Source: Azolla caroliniana
Taxonomy: Eukaryota > Plantae > Polypodiophyta
Direction of reading: 5' to 3'
DNA length: 64,000 nucleotides
Assembly: GCA_043228905.1 (NCBI GenBank)
Contig: JBHGNT010000009.1
Coordinates: 496,001 to 560,000 of the forward strand
A model generated the notes under the pieces. It was given only the letters and a program-made list of their open reading frames with translations. It had not been told where the DNA came from and searched no databases. The position numbers were made by a program, and so were the translations under genes. Of the stretch, positions 12,563 through 26,205 are shown piece after piece. Within the stretch, counting starts at the first letter, position 1. Each line of letters begins with the position of its first letter.

Positions 12563-13943
12563 TGACGCTAAAAAAATGGTCCTATGGGTCAATATTGGCC
12601 TCTCTATAGACGCTAAAAAAATTTATCTATCTATCTATCTATAAGTATATAATATCTTTTGGTAAAAGCACACAAGTATATTAATTGTATGTAAAATCCC
12701 TCTTTTTTTAGTAACACTTTTATTACTAGTGGGAAACCTCAAAGTGAGGTGAAAACCCACAAAGAATAAAGAAAAATATACAAGTGTCGATTAGACACAA
12801 AAAAGCTTAAAAGCACTAAAAGTAAAGATTGTAAATTTGCAGTGTGATGTCTCTAAGTTGGAGACAATCAAATAGAGATTGCTTAAATATAAGCGCTCTC
12901 TGTCTCCCTCCACAAAAAGCTTTTATCTAGAAGTACGTTGCACAACCCAAAGAAGACAAATAGCCCGTCGAAGGTTCATGCTTCTCATATATATGCTTAC
13001 TCTTGGAGTGTTTGTGCTAGGTTGACCCAATTGATTGTGCATTTACTTACATCAATCTCCCATCAAAGACCAACATATGACCAATAATTTATAGAATTCT
13101 TATAAGTGCTTATACGTAGGCAATTGCCTCTACATACGACATGTATACGATATGAGCTCCATCTACACTTGCCTAGTCTAGGCATCTATATTTTGAGGAT
13201 GTGTGAACCCCAAAACTCTATCGCCCATGTAACACAATCCTTGATCAATGATCCTCAATTTGCTCCTATTGGTTCAACAAAATTCAATCTTCATTTTTGA
13301 AAGGGATTGTGGGAGAAATTGATGGTCTTCCCATCCTACTAAGCTTGCTTAATTGTCCTTCCTTTGGCATGTACATGGCAATTGTTTAATGTTTGGGGCT
13401 CCCATAGAGGCACACAATATTCTTTCTCCCCATCAGGTCTCTTGAAAAGGGAGCACTTGATGTTTCTCCACATGCTTCTTAGAGAATTGCCTTATGCTAT
13501 TTATCAGGAATAAATGTTCTAATTATCCAATTTAGTCCTCATTTATGGCAAAAATATTTTAATTACAAAAAATGACATACTTTTTGGAGCAAATTTCTTC
13601 TCATGACTAAGTTGACATGGAAGAGGGCAATGCCCATCCTGTCAATTGCTTTGGATGCCTAAACTTCATTATCAAACGTAACCTTGTCTTCATCAGTGGT
13701 TACTCCTTCCATTGACACTAGATGTCCTTGTAATTTCCCACTTTTGACAATAGATGTCATAGTAATTTCCCACTTTTGACTACAATAACACATTTAAATG
13801 GGTTAAGACTTAAGAGACATTGGAAATTACCTAGATTTGTTCAGACAATACAAAGCCTTTAATGCCCTAAATGCTTTTTTTCTTTTCTTTTCAACAAGAA
13901 AACACAAATTTGTGGGGACAAAAAATTTATAAAGTGAAATAAG

Positions 13944-14135
13944 GTTCACATGTCTTTATGGCGAACCTTGAGAGTATGAAAGATTTGCATAGACTTTTGT
14001 TATGTTCATGAGATCATGGTCATCCGTAAAAAAAATCATAAAGGACATGAAAATAATGTTCACATGTTTTCATGGCCAACCTTGAGAGCATGAGAGATTT
14101 GCATAAACTTTTGTTATGTTAATGAGATAATGGCG
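13944..14135. repeat. Imperfect tandem duplication, period ~114 bp
   Basis: GTTCACATGT..T.ATGGC.AACCTTGAGAG.ATGA.AGATTTGCATA.ACTTTTGTTATGTT occurs twice. Confidence 0.75.
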
Positions 14136-15548
14136 ATGTTTCATTATCGTGAAAGATTTAATTTGTAAATGTAAGGATCTAATAATGTTTTCAAAACTAT
14201 AAATTGTGAGAATGAAAATATCTGTTTGGGCACGTGTATGGATTCCATATATTGAGATGAATGACAAAAATATCGGTAATATTCTCAACAAGTTAGGGAT
14301 GTTTCTTGTTGAGCATTGACACCTTGACACACTCATGTCCACATTATGTATTCTTTAAGAACATTGCCTATTATCTTCAAAATATAGAGGTGATATGTTT
14401 GCCAAATCAAAGTCAAAAGATAGTTGGATTCATACAATTGCTAGTCGATTCAATCAATATCCCATTGCACCCACATGTCAGTTTGCCCAACACATAATCT
14501 TTTATATGTAAGCATCAAACCATTGTTGTTGAACCATGTAAGTGGATGTGCTATTTGCATTCAAAAAATACATTCAACACATTCAAATTGCGTATGATAT
14601 ATCACACACAATCTTAAACATGTAAGCGATGCATGATCTTGAAGAGATCCTTGACTTCTTGTAATTTCTTTCTCGGCAATCATATCTTCTTCTTGACTAC
14701 TTAAAGTTTCTTCCATCGTGATTCTAACCCTACCCTTGATGATTGGATGTGGTTGAACCTACAAATAAGCCCGAGTTGACGAAAATACATCATTGTGCAT
14801 TCGCATGTTAAGAAAGACAATTACCAAATTCCAAATTGCACACGATGTTTTTACTTATTTATCTATTATTATCATGCACAATTTATAATGGTGAAGAGCG
14901 TTTCATGATTGTTTCTGTTTTCGACCCAACAACGTTATGTTAGAAATCGACTACAACCTAATCTAATTAGCATTGTTTATGAGGTGCAAAATTCCCCTGG
15001 TCAATCAATCAAATTAATGTGGTTGCAAGATTAGAGGCGAATACATAATAACAATGATAGAAAAATGGTGGGATAAAGCGCTCTCTCTTCTACACTGATG
15101 GAGTGAGTATTTGGCACGTTAGAGTTCAAATTCATGGTAAGCCAACCAAGCCGAACCGAGCCCCGTCCACGGAATTCGCGAATTGTACACAATGTTAACA
15201 AAGCACGAGCTTTAGGAAATGGGGGCACATTAGGGTAGAAAGTAAACATGGGCGACTGGAAACTATGTATATGGCCGGCAGAACAAATACAAATAGAGAG
15301 GTGGGTCGAGAGAGAGGAGGCATGTGTGAATGAATGAATATCATGAAGGAAGGAAGGAATTGTGTTGTGGTGTGGTTTGTTTTGTTTTGATGTGAATGGC
15401 ACCTAACATTGGGAGGCGGGGATAAAATAGAACGCACCGGATGTTACCGGTGACTGGGCTGTGGAAGCCGGGGCACGCGACCGGCAGTAGGCGGTCAGGA
15501 CAGAAGGGGGCGGTAGAACAGGGGGCCGTTTGAGGTTTGAAAAAAAGT

Positions 15549-15608
15549 GAAGAAGAAGAAGAAGAAGAAGACGAAGAAGAAGAAGAAGAAGAAGAAGAAG
15601 AAGAAGAA
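15549..15608 (+). repeat. (GAA)n tract in the MYB3R promoter/5' leader, followed by CTT/CTC tracts
   Basis: About 20 GAA units. Explains the spurious poly-Lys ORF 15547-16065. Confidence 0.9.
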
Positions 15609-16111
15609 CAGAGCAGAACCAGACCAGAGATGGTGCGGCGTTCTTAGATCTCTCAATCCTCTTCCTCTTCCTCTTCCTCTTCCTCTTCTTCTTCTTCTTC
15701 CTCCCTGCGTTTCTTCAGCATACGGAAATTCACTAAGGCAGGTTCAATTCCCCCCCATCGCTCCAGGATCCGTCCATCTCTTCTCCCTCTTCTCCCTCTT
15801 CTCCCTCTTCTTCTTCTTCTTTTTCAGAATCACAGGATTTCACCGGAGATCTGTTGTTCTTCGAAGACCCCGCAATCACTCGATCTCTGCGTCTCAAGCC
15901 CTAATCCTGCCAAATTTGGATCTACCTTATCCCCCAAAACCTAAAATTGCAGGAAACTTCTCAGAGGCAAGCTCTGCTTATCCTTCCAGAAAGGACCTGG
16001 AACCCATGCTAGGATATATCAACATTCTTGAAGGGGGGTTTGTGATCATGTTTTGGCTTTCATGAATTTCGCAAGCCAGCAGGGTATGCAGGATATCTGT
16101 TCCTCAGGAAG

Positions 16112-18380
16112 ATGTCAGAGACCAAACTAAAGAGGAATGCTGCATCTGAAGAGAAGACGCCTGCACCTTCTTGTTCATCCATATCCGAATGTAGTGACAA
16201 TGGTGGTGTTCATAGCCTGCCTCCAGTCCAAGGGTATATATATACCTGCACACACACATATGCAGTTTCTTCCCACATCCTTTTCAGTATATGTTTATGA
16301 GACTTAACATGTGAAATTGTATTTGCTTTAATGTTGGCAATTGTTCATCATAACATGTGACATTTGTATGTTGTCTTCTATGATTTGATCTATCAGAATT
16401 AGACAAAATCTCACAATAAGTTGTTATGCACAGGCGCACTGGGGGACCTACTCGAAAATCTGCTAAAGGTGGATGGACGCCTGAGGAGGTAATCCTTCAT
16501 TACCACGTTCAACGTTTCCTAAACACTATAAGGATGTGCAGTAATTCCTAATGTACATACGTTATCTGTTGTTTTTGGAGAAATATAGGAGAAATGTATA
16601 TCATAGTATAAAAAGAGTACAGAAAACGGTATATCTGTGGTTTTTGTTGGATCTGAAAGCATTTTTATTCAATGTCCAGGATGAAACCCTTCGGAGGGCA
16701 GTGCAATGCTATAACGGAAAGAATTGGAAGAAGATAGGTAAACACACAGCTCATGGATTTTATTGCAACTCTAATTATATGTCTGAGAAAATATGAAATG
16801 ACAAGGATGCATGTATGTGTTCATATGTGCGCACATCCCATGTTTCTGAGTTATAATGAGATCCTCAGGAAAATCCTTTTGTAGTTTCATACCTATACTT
16901 TAGTTAAAGGTTAAACAATAATGTCTTATTTTTTGAATACAATTACCAAAGGATTTAAGGCAAGCAATTTCACTTCGTTAAGCACCTAAATCCATGCACT
17001 CCACATAAATTTTGCTCCAATAGTTTTTGAAGTTGTGGGTTTGGCTTAATTTGATCCTATCGAATGATAAAATTATATGTCTGGAGCCACATATGCATCC
17101 ATTAGTTTTTGGTGAATGTGCATGCCTGAAGTATCTTTAAAGCTAATTTGTTGATTAATATTGGCCACACCTTTGTTGGTAGGATGTTTTCTGCATCCAT
17201 TATCTTTTGTGAATCTGCATGGCTGATGGGTCTTTCAGGCTAATATGTTGATGAATAATATTGGCGAAACCTTTGTTGGAAGGTTTCCTTTGTGGCACTA
17301 AAACATTTATTCCCACAATACATGATAGATCTCTGATTTTCATATTAGCCAAAAACATATGTTAAATTGCAGTGTTCTCTAAATGTTTGCCACATTGCAG
17401 AATTAAAACTCTGGAAGTTAGAAGTATGCCATTTACAGGAAATAAGTTTGTAGGTTTTGAGATCTATGCTTCTTTACTGAAATCGTTTGTGTTTCTGGCT
17501 TTCAGAATTGATTATACTCTTTTGGTAGGTATCTTATCTGATTTTGAGGATCATATTTCTGAATTATCTACTTTTTAATCCTTAGGTAAAGCTTCCGTAA
17601 TGATGTTGTCAAAGAGAGAGACAGTGTATCTTATTATTTGTTACAAAGACAGGGAATTCACCCATGATATATGCTCAATTTTCGGAATGATTTGTGGGCT
17701 GCATGTGTTGCCTTTGGAGTATATTCATTTTTATATTCTTAGTAAAAGGTCCAACCATTGTGTCGAACTGTTTGCAGCGGAGTATTTTACAGATCGAACA
17801 GATGTTCAATGCTTGCATCGCTGGCAAAAAGTTTTGAACCCTGATCTTGTGAAGGGACCATGGACAAAAGAGGTTGCTCTAAAATCTGTTTTGCATAATT
17901 GTACAATAGGTCTTTGTTCCGTGTTAATTTTTGTTGGAAATCATGTTCAACTTTGTTCACCAGGAGGATGATAAAATTGTGGAGCTTGTTCATAAATATG
18001 GGGCAAAGAAATGGTCAGTTATTGCACAATCCTTACCTGGTCGAATTGGAAAACAATGTAGAGAAAGGTTTTGTTCCACCATTCTGCTGAGATGTTTAAA
18101 TGCAATTTCTAGTTTGTTTTGAATTAAGACTGACGAGATTCAAAAATAAATCTCATTATTGCAACTTGGTTGAAATAGATGGCATAATCATCTCAATCCA
18201 AATATTAAAAAGGAGGCTTGGACTCAGCAAGAAGAATTGGCCCTCGTTCAGGCTCATGAAATATATGGTAATAAATGGGCTGAGATTGCAAAGTTTCTAC
18301 CTGGAAGGTGATGATTCTTCCCTTGTCCCATCTGCTATCCTACTCTCCTGTATTTATGGTTAGGCATTCAGTAGGTGCAT

Positions 18381-18423
<43 letters not shown>

Positions 18424-21400
18424 GCCATAACACAGCATATATATAAAACTTCGCCACCGCATCGTTGCTGGAAATAGAATATTTCTTTTGAGGACAAAAA
18501 GAGCCAATTTCTCCACAGGACATTACCTTCAAATCTTACATATATGATAGCATAATGATTATATATACAATCCTTTGTATGTAGTTGATACAATGCTATT
18601 TCTATCTGTGCGTATCATTAATAAATGATTCTTAGTATGGAAATAATTCTGAGTCAACTGTTTGACTATTTTCTCAGGACGGACAATGCTATAAAGAACC
18701 ACTGGAACAGCTCTATCAAGAAAAAGCTTGATTCTTTCTTTATTGCAAGTGCCTCCAGGCAATCGTTAGAACCCAACATTTCAGAGTGTATGATGAAGGG
18801 TGCTGATAATGGGTCAATAATGGAGATGCTCACATCAGTTAGCCCTGAAATAGAACTGGCCAAACGACAAACCAATTCTCCTTGTACTCAGTTAGAAAGC
18901 TCCTTGCATGGCTATAAGTATCCCAAAAGTGAACGAATGGAGGAATTTAAAATGTGTGATGAGAGCATGCCCATCAAAAGTGATCGCAGACACTTTCGTC
19001 CTCAGCGTAGAGGATCTGAAATGCAGCTCACTGCTCAATATGAAGAGATCCATGGGCAGCCTTGCCAGCTTGCACAAGTACATCAATGCTCACAGACACC
19101 GAGCCTGGAGAAATGCCAACAGAATGATGGCCGCTACAGCCTTGGAGCATCATGCCCTCAGGTACAGCAGTCACAAGAAGTGTGCATTAACCCAATGGAG
19201 ATAGATGTTTCTGCACAAGAAGCTGTAGGAGTGGCAAATGGTTTTTCTCCTTTGGATTCTTCTGTGCACCATGGATCTCCAACCAATCCATCCATCTTAG
19301 CTGTCCAGGCATACTCCCCAGTTAATTCCTCTTCCCATTTGTCTAGTTCTTCTCAAAGTCCTCTGAAGCCTGAGAGAAAGCAAAATCTGTTGATCAAGAT
19401 GAGTGCAGACTGCCGCAGAACAAATCTTCCTGCTTATGCAGCTGATTGCCTTCAGCTGTCTGACATCCCTATCCTTGAAGACATTGATCAGAAAAAACAT
19501 TTTGGCAAAGAAGTGCTAGACTTGAGAGACACCATGGTTGGGCTTCCTGGTTGCTATGGAGAAGCTATTCTTGAGCAAGAACTAGAAGGCATTGAAATGG
19601 TTCAATGGCAGGATGAACATGAAGAACCAAGTTCTGAGACACCCTGTATAGAGGCAGAGTCTCTCTTCTATGAACCTCCTAAGTTCACAAACCTGGAAAT
19701 GCCATTCACCAACTATGATGTGATGACTTCAAATTATGTCCAGCAAGCCTATAGTCCCCTTGGTGTGCGTGAAATGTTCTTTTCCACGGTGAGTTGCTCC
19801 ACCCCATCAAATTATCCGTGGGTGTCATCGCCATTGTCAGAAGACAGCCCACAAGCTGTCCTGAGAATTGCAGCACGAAGCTTTGGTGGCACACCTTCAA
19901 TACTGAGGAAGCGCCAGCGAGAGCTGCTCACTCCGGTCCATGAGGCTAGATCCAATGAGAGAGACAATGCTCCTGTTGCCACCACATCTGCAGTAACTCC
20001 CCAAAATGCTTTACAATGTTGCCATGAGCAAATTGAACTGTCTGATTCCAAGCCAGCAGGAGAAAGGTCTATGCATGTTTCACCACCGTATTGCTTGAAA
20101 TATAAAGGTCCACTTCATTCGAGGTCGAACATGAAGAGAGGATCTATTCGAGTAAAAGCTGAGAGTTCGCTCCACGAACCAGAGTGCATGGAAGGCTCAC
20201 CTAGATATGTAGGTCAAAGCTTTAAAATTATTTCGCATGGAACCAACCAAGGCATCAGAAACCACTATTTATTAGGAAAAGAAGTTAAGGTATTTTTCAA
20301 CTGTAATCTGATGCACACAGATATATTCAGAGAAATACATAATGTATATATAAATAAATGTTGAGAGAGATTACTTTTGTTTTTCTAATTTGCAGTTTGA
20401 TGGACATCTGGAATCAAATATGTTATCATATACACCAACTGGCAAGATTTCTTCACGGTCTCCACTACTAAAATCTTGTGAGAAGAAGCTTGGATTGAAA
20501 GTGCTGATGCCTAAATCGGGAAACATAGTTCCGGTTTCAGGTTCAAGTCAGGATTTGATAAATTCCATGGCAGAATGGGATAGTCTCAACATGTATGCAT
20601 TCTAGATTTTGCCAACTTATTCTTATGTTTTCTCGTACTCATTCAGGAACTGTTTAATAGAATTGTGAAGTGTGGATATATATATATATATATACAGATA
20701 TGCTCATTTCTATTTACTTTTACTTATCAACTGAGATTGTTTGATGTGAATTGGGTCTCTTGGTATGCGAATATTAAGAAATATTAAGACCATTCTCATG
20801 CTGTGCATCATGAATGGCATCATTAGGCCAACTCTTCTGTACATCTCTGTAATATCAAGGTCCATTAACTTAACTTTTTTGATTGCATTCCAGGAATTAG
20901 AGCGTCTTACTTCTTAGTTTACATTCTAGTAACTTTTTATTGGTTCTTCCTGCCTTAGTGTGTTGAACTGGATGTCTGCATTAGAATGGAACCTACAGTA
21001 CTAAAGCTTTTACATCTCTCCAGGTCATTATGTTCACCTTTGGTCGGCTGGAAATCGCCAGTCTGTTCTGGGCCCCTCTCTGCCCAGGAAGCAAGAACAT
21101 ATTCAGTGCTAGAGGTAAAAAAATAAAGTACCTTCCTCTTTCTGTTTACTTCTGGTATGAGGCAATATTTTTATACTCAATCACTACTGTAAAATGATTG
21201 TGGCCTTGTCTAGTACGCATTAAAATTGATTGTTCTTATTTGGGCAGCAGGATACCTCGGTGTTGTATCGTGAAGATTATGGGGCAGATGCTCTGAGTCT
21301 GATGGAACAACTAAGCCAGCATACCGCCTCTGCCTTTATGGAGGCTGAGCAAATCTTGTCGTCATGTGATGGTAAAGCCAAAGAATTGGTACAGTCTCTG

Positions 21401-21766
21401 CTCAACAAGCCAGCAGCCAACGAGAAGGAGAACATGATTGCAGTGGATAGACAGATGGTGGATGGGTCTGTTTGCTCACCTAGTTCTCTGTTGGTATGTC
21501 TAAAAACATAATGCATTCTCTCCTTCTGATCCAATGTCTTTTCATATTAGGCTCATACAATGGGCTGATGAACATTGGACGATGAATTATGTTATTGGGA
21601 TCCCTCTTTTCTGACGTTCATCTTGATGGTGCTTGCTTGCCTTCAGGTGGACTGCTCCCCGGCAGCATATTTGACCCCAAATCATGGGGAGACGACACAG
21701 TTGATCTATGCAAACTCAGCCGATCTTCCAAGTCCATCTTTATATCTGCTTCGTGAATGCCGATAA
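16112..21766 (+). CDS. MYB3R: R1R2R3-MYB (three-repeat c-Myb-like) transcription factor, 11 exons
   Basis: GT-AG exons 16112-16233, 16434-16488, 16680-16737, 17778-17872, 17964-18067, 18179-18307, 18678-20289, 20396-20592, 21024-21114, 21248/21251-21493, 21647-21766. Three MYB repeats (GGWTPEED..., KGPWTKEED..., KEAWTQQEE...RTDNAIKNHWNS), LFYEPP and AARSFGGTPSILRKR motifs, C-terminal SPSLYLLRECR. Confidence 0.95.
17094..17286. repeat. Imperfect tandem duplication (~99 bp) in MYB3R intron 3
   Basis: GCATCCATTA...GTGAAT.TGCATG...GCTAAT.TGTTGAT.AATA...CCTTTGTTGG occurs twice. Confidence 0.7.
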
Positions 21767-22599
21767 TAGTGATTGATGATGCTGCCTATTGTGGCATTCC
21801 AACCAATGATTTCTGATTTGCAATTGATTCGCTTACTGATGGGTTGATGGAGAGTCGCTACCTATCTTACTGATTGGAGAGTTAAATAATCGAGCTGACC
21901 ATTGAGGCTCACAGTGTGCTATATGTACAATATCAGTGAACTATATATACCGTAGTCCAATCTCTACCAATACAGCTTTCCACCATTTATTTCTCATCAG
22001 TTCATTTGTTTGGCTTTGCTTCTAGTGCAACTTTCCCATGAAGGTTCTCTCTCTCGTGAACCTCTTGGGCGAAACATTACATTTGTACTTCGACCATTGA
22101 TCTATTGTGGACACTTCAAAATCTACTTTTCAGACCATGCCAATGAGTGATAAATAAATTTTCTTCTCATCATGACTCGTTCATGTCAGTATACTAAACA
22201 TCCTGGCTCCTATCTATGAAAAGCATGAGCTGGACAATATCCGAATGAGTGTAAAGATCGATTGCCTTAACAAGATTGTGAAATAATATTTTGGCGTGTT
22301 ATAATGTCCTCTCTATTGCAACGGAAAGATTTACAAATTTATAAAAATAAGATTCATCTATGAAGTTGAATGGGTGACTGTTATATTGATGTTTGAATGT
22401 ATGGGAGAGATGGAAGGAAAGGAAATGTTTATGTCCTGACTCCTTATCATTAAGGTTTCTAGTACCTTTTAGAAAGAGACAAAGAGACATACAAAGTAGA
22501 AGCTGACTAGTTTTGAAGAGCTCCCTAATTTCTTGATCTTGTCAAACTGCTCTGTAGCTTTAGGGTTATCTATTTGTCAAACTGATTCTGGAGCTTATC

Positions 22600-22950
22600 T
22601 ATTTGATGGTTTTAGTCATTCATAGATTTGTACTATCTATGTATATTCATACATTAATTTCCATACTCTTTGCTCATAGACTTACTCGGCCTATATATAT
22701 TCAAACTTTTTGCATTTCCTATGTACATTCATGCATTAATTTCATGGTTTTAATCATTCATAGATTTGTTCTATCCATTTACATTCATACATTAATTACA
22801 TACTCTTTGTTCATAGATTTGTTCTATTTGTGTGCATTCCTACGTTGTTTTCATACTCTTTGGTTGTATTTGTTGTTTTGTTTATGTACATTCATGCATT
22901 GTTTACATACTCTTTGTTCATATATTTATTCATTCATACATTGTTTTTCA
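22600..22950. repeat. Degenerate AT-rich tandem repeat
   Basis: Recurring TCATTCATAGATTTGT, ACATTCATACATT and CATACTCTTTG motifs. Explains ORF 22603-22968. Confidence 0.6.
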
Positions 22951-23431
22951 AGCTGTTGTGATCTTTGACACAATGAAGTATCCAAACAAATCAGGGGAGA
23001 TAATGTGAGCTCTAATGTATAATCACATACATGACCTTTACAAGTGTAATAGTCAATTATTTGTTTGGTAATAATTTCAAATTTTGACATGCATATTTAG
23101 ATTGTATATGTCTCTTTCTTTGCTAAGAATCTGCTATTCTTCCAATACCTTTACATTTGGGGAAATATTTTTGTAATTGGAAGTATAGAAATGAGAGGCA
23201 TATTGGATGGTGTTACACTTCATTTCAAGAGAAAAAGGAAATTTGATATGGTGTTACATTTTCAATGATTTGTTCATCCAAAAATTCCAAAGTTATCTTT
23301 TCAATATAAAGTAATCTGTGAGAGTTGGAAGAACAATTCAAACAAATAATTAGAATTCAAACATATTTCAAGAGAACATTGGTGGGATAGGCATGAAACA
23401 TGAGAATATACTTTCCATTAAATAACTTTAT

Positions 23432-24547
23432 CTAAAACTCAATGTTTTCGTAGTGATTGTGGTCAATGACAAGGCTATATTTGTCAAGTTCTCTATCAAA
23501 GTCATTTTCTAAAGAAGTTGTGAGTGCATCAACATTGTCATCAAGTACCATATTATCAATATCTCGATCAAGTGTCTCGAAAAGCTTCGATTGCCAAGCT
23601 CCCATTTCGAGAATGGTTGGCATACGCAAAGGTTCAGTAGACTTGTCACAATGCTCCAAGAACTCTCTCATGCCTATTTTGACATGGAAACATAATTATA
23701 AAAACCTTAATCCTACATTCCTCATTCTTTAGTTAATTAGATTCACTAGTTGCTCACATTCCTGAACTCTTTAATTAATTGGATTCCCACATTCGCGATT
23801 CTTTAATTAATTAGATTCGCTATAATGCACCAAAATTCAATGATGTGTACAAGTTGTGAGTATTAGTTTGAAATGTATATTTAAGGAGATGTGATGGGGG
23901 ATTGGAATGTCGTGGCGAGAGGATACTACATGCATCATGTGGGGAGCCACTAATGTCGAGGTTGAGAGGAGATGAAGTAGATAGATCATCCGAATACTCA
24001 TGCTTCGACTTCCATCCATGCTCTTCGCAATTGCCCTGAGATTTTTACACAAACCACCGACCGATGAGTGTAAGGAAGGAAGAATATAGAAGGATGATGT
24101 TGTTTCGCATGTTTTGTTGGCACTACAATGGAGTGCTCGGCCACTCACCTGGACTATATTTTCGATGCCTTCGTCAATATGTGTGGCATTCGAGTCGTTG
24201 GGTTTGGAAATATTGTGTCCGTGTCCGAGGAGGTGGAGGCATGGCATGGCCGGGTGGTCAATGGAAGCAGCATGGGCAGAGTGGTCGGGACATGAAGCTG
24301 ATGGTCCTCCTCCTGTACCCGCTATGGCCATGGTCTTCCTGCACCCGCCATGGCCAACATGCATCATGCCCATCTCTACCCTCTCCCGGCACGCATCCAT
24401 CAGATGTACTCTACTCGATCTCTTCTTCCTTTTCTCCTCCTTCTGTTTCTGTTTCTGCTTCTGGTTCTCATGACCAGTTACATTTGCGATTTCTTCCATG
24501 GCCAGAGGATCAATGACGCAGGAGTCCTTGGAAACGCCACACCCCAT
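23432..24547 (-). CDS. Unknown protein (~248 aa) with N-myristoylation/S-acylation start MGCGVSK, 3 exons
   Basis: Exons 24547-24149 (donor CAG|GTGAGT), 24035-23930 (CTCAG|...|GTAGTA) and 23673-23432 (AATAG|). Phases join without stops. Basic KQKQKQKEEKRKKR patch and acidic C-terminus. Confidence 0.7.
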
Positions 24548-26205
24548 ATCAGCACAGAGATTCGTGTCTCGGTTTCTCTGTCCTCTGTCTCCCTCCCTAT
24601 GTATGTATGTATGTCTATGTCTCTGTCTGCTGCTGGAAACCAGATTTCCTACCATTAAACCTGCACGGAATTCCTAATCTTCGCGAGGATCAAAGAAGAA
24701 ACCAAGAATCCCCAGGTTGGAAGGGGCGCCTTCCCTCTCCGCCGTTGGATGAGTGAGTAGTAGTCGCAGGTACTGGAACCATCTCCGCCCTACATGCATC
24801 CTGTCCGTCCATGCTCCTACTCCTACGTACGTATGTATGTACGTATGTATGTATGCTATGGTGTATGTGTGTATGTATGTATGTACGTATGTATGATGTA
24901 TGGAATGCGGATCCATGGCTATGTATGATGCCTCACAAAGGCCTCGTAAAAGTTCCACAACGTCATAAATCGCTCACCTTCAAAAGTGTGTGCATTCATC
25001 GAGCACACTCATTGATTTGCCACTAGTTTCATATGGACAATTCGACATGGTTGTACCGCTAAAATTGGTCCAGTAGATGGCATGCATGCGTACATGCACA
25101 AGAAGGCCTCCTAATAAGTCCCATAATGCTCTTAATCTAGGTAGGTTGTCGGATTGACCATAGGTTCAAGCCTCTTGCCAACAACATTTTCATACCTCTT
25201 CTAATCAACTCATGTGAGATTTTTATTTTATTTTTATCATTGGTGTCATGTTCAAGGATACATGTTGTCATTTTTATGTTTGAGAATGCAAAATATATAT
25301 CACATGGGCATGTTTGCATTCCTATGTTATACCTAAAGTCCAAGTCAATATTGGTGTAGGGATGTTGATACTTCTTATAATGAAACTAACAATCTATTTA
25401 GGGAGGCAAACTCTTGTTAAGTACTATCCCAATTGAGGTTGTTTATGCATTGACTAGTTAGTTATTTATGACATCGTAATATTGTCAACATTGACTCAAG
25501 TAGGCCGAGTTCTTTTTTGGATATGTTCAAGATGGCAAATTCCTTTGATTGTTTAGGAATCTGAAAAACCTTAGAGACATTTCCACAACCTATATCCAAA
25601 GAACTGGTTCTTTGAGAACTCAAGTATATATTTTGCCTCTATATTCCTGAGGATAGTTTGACAAATTCCACATAATGTGAACGCATCAAATGGTGTTGAT
25701 TGTTGTGCATAGGTGGTGACTACAAATATGTGTGAGATTTATCATCGGCATGAAATGTGAATCACACACAATATGTGTGAGATTTAATCATGGACATGAA
25801 ATGTCAATCATGTAGAGGGTAGACTGCTCGAGTCATCGTGAAACCGCAATCACGATGAGGGCTCTCGGACGGAGAAGGCTTATTCTAGAAGGAGTCGTCA
25901 TGAAATCTCGATCATATCGAGGGGTTCCAAAGAAGGGAAAGAATAAGAGCCCTAGGGTTAGGGTTAGGTTTTTTTTTTAGGTTGTGTCTTTCTTTATAAC
26001 TTTCAATCACAAACGGCTATAAAACAACTGAAAGAGCTCAAACGTATTTACATTTGTGTCCTGAAACGTTCCCGCCTTTGTTTACAAAGATAGCCTACGA
26101 CCGTTTCTGGCCTACATTACTCTCTCTCGTCTCTGTGTCTCTGTCTGTGTCTGTTTCTGCACTTTCGATTCTCTCTGTCTCTGATTGCGCCTCTCTCTCT
26201 CTCTC

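Noticed and set aside
15547-16065. 172-aa poly-Lys/Pro-Leu ORF upstream of MYB3R
   Set aside because: Starts at GTG and is the translation of GAA/CTT microsatellites in the leader.
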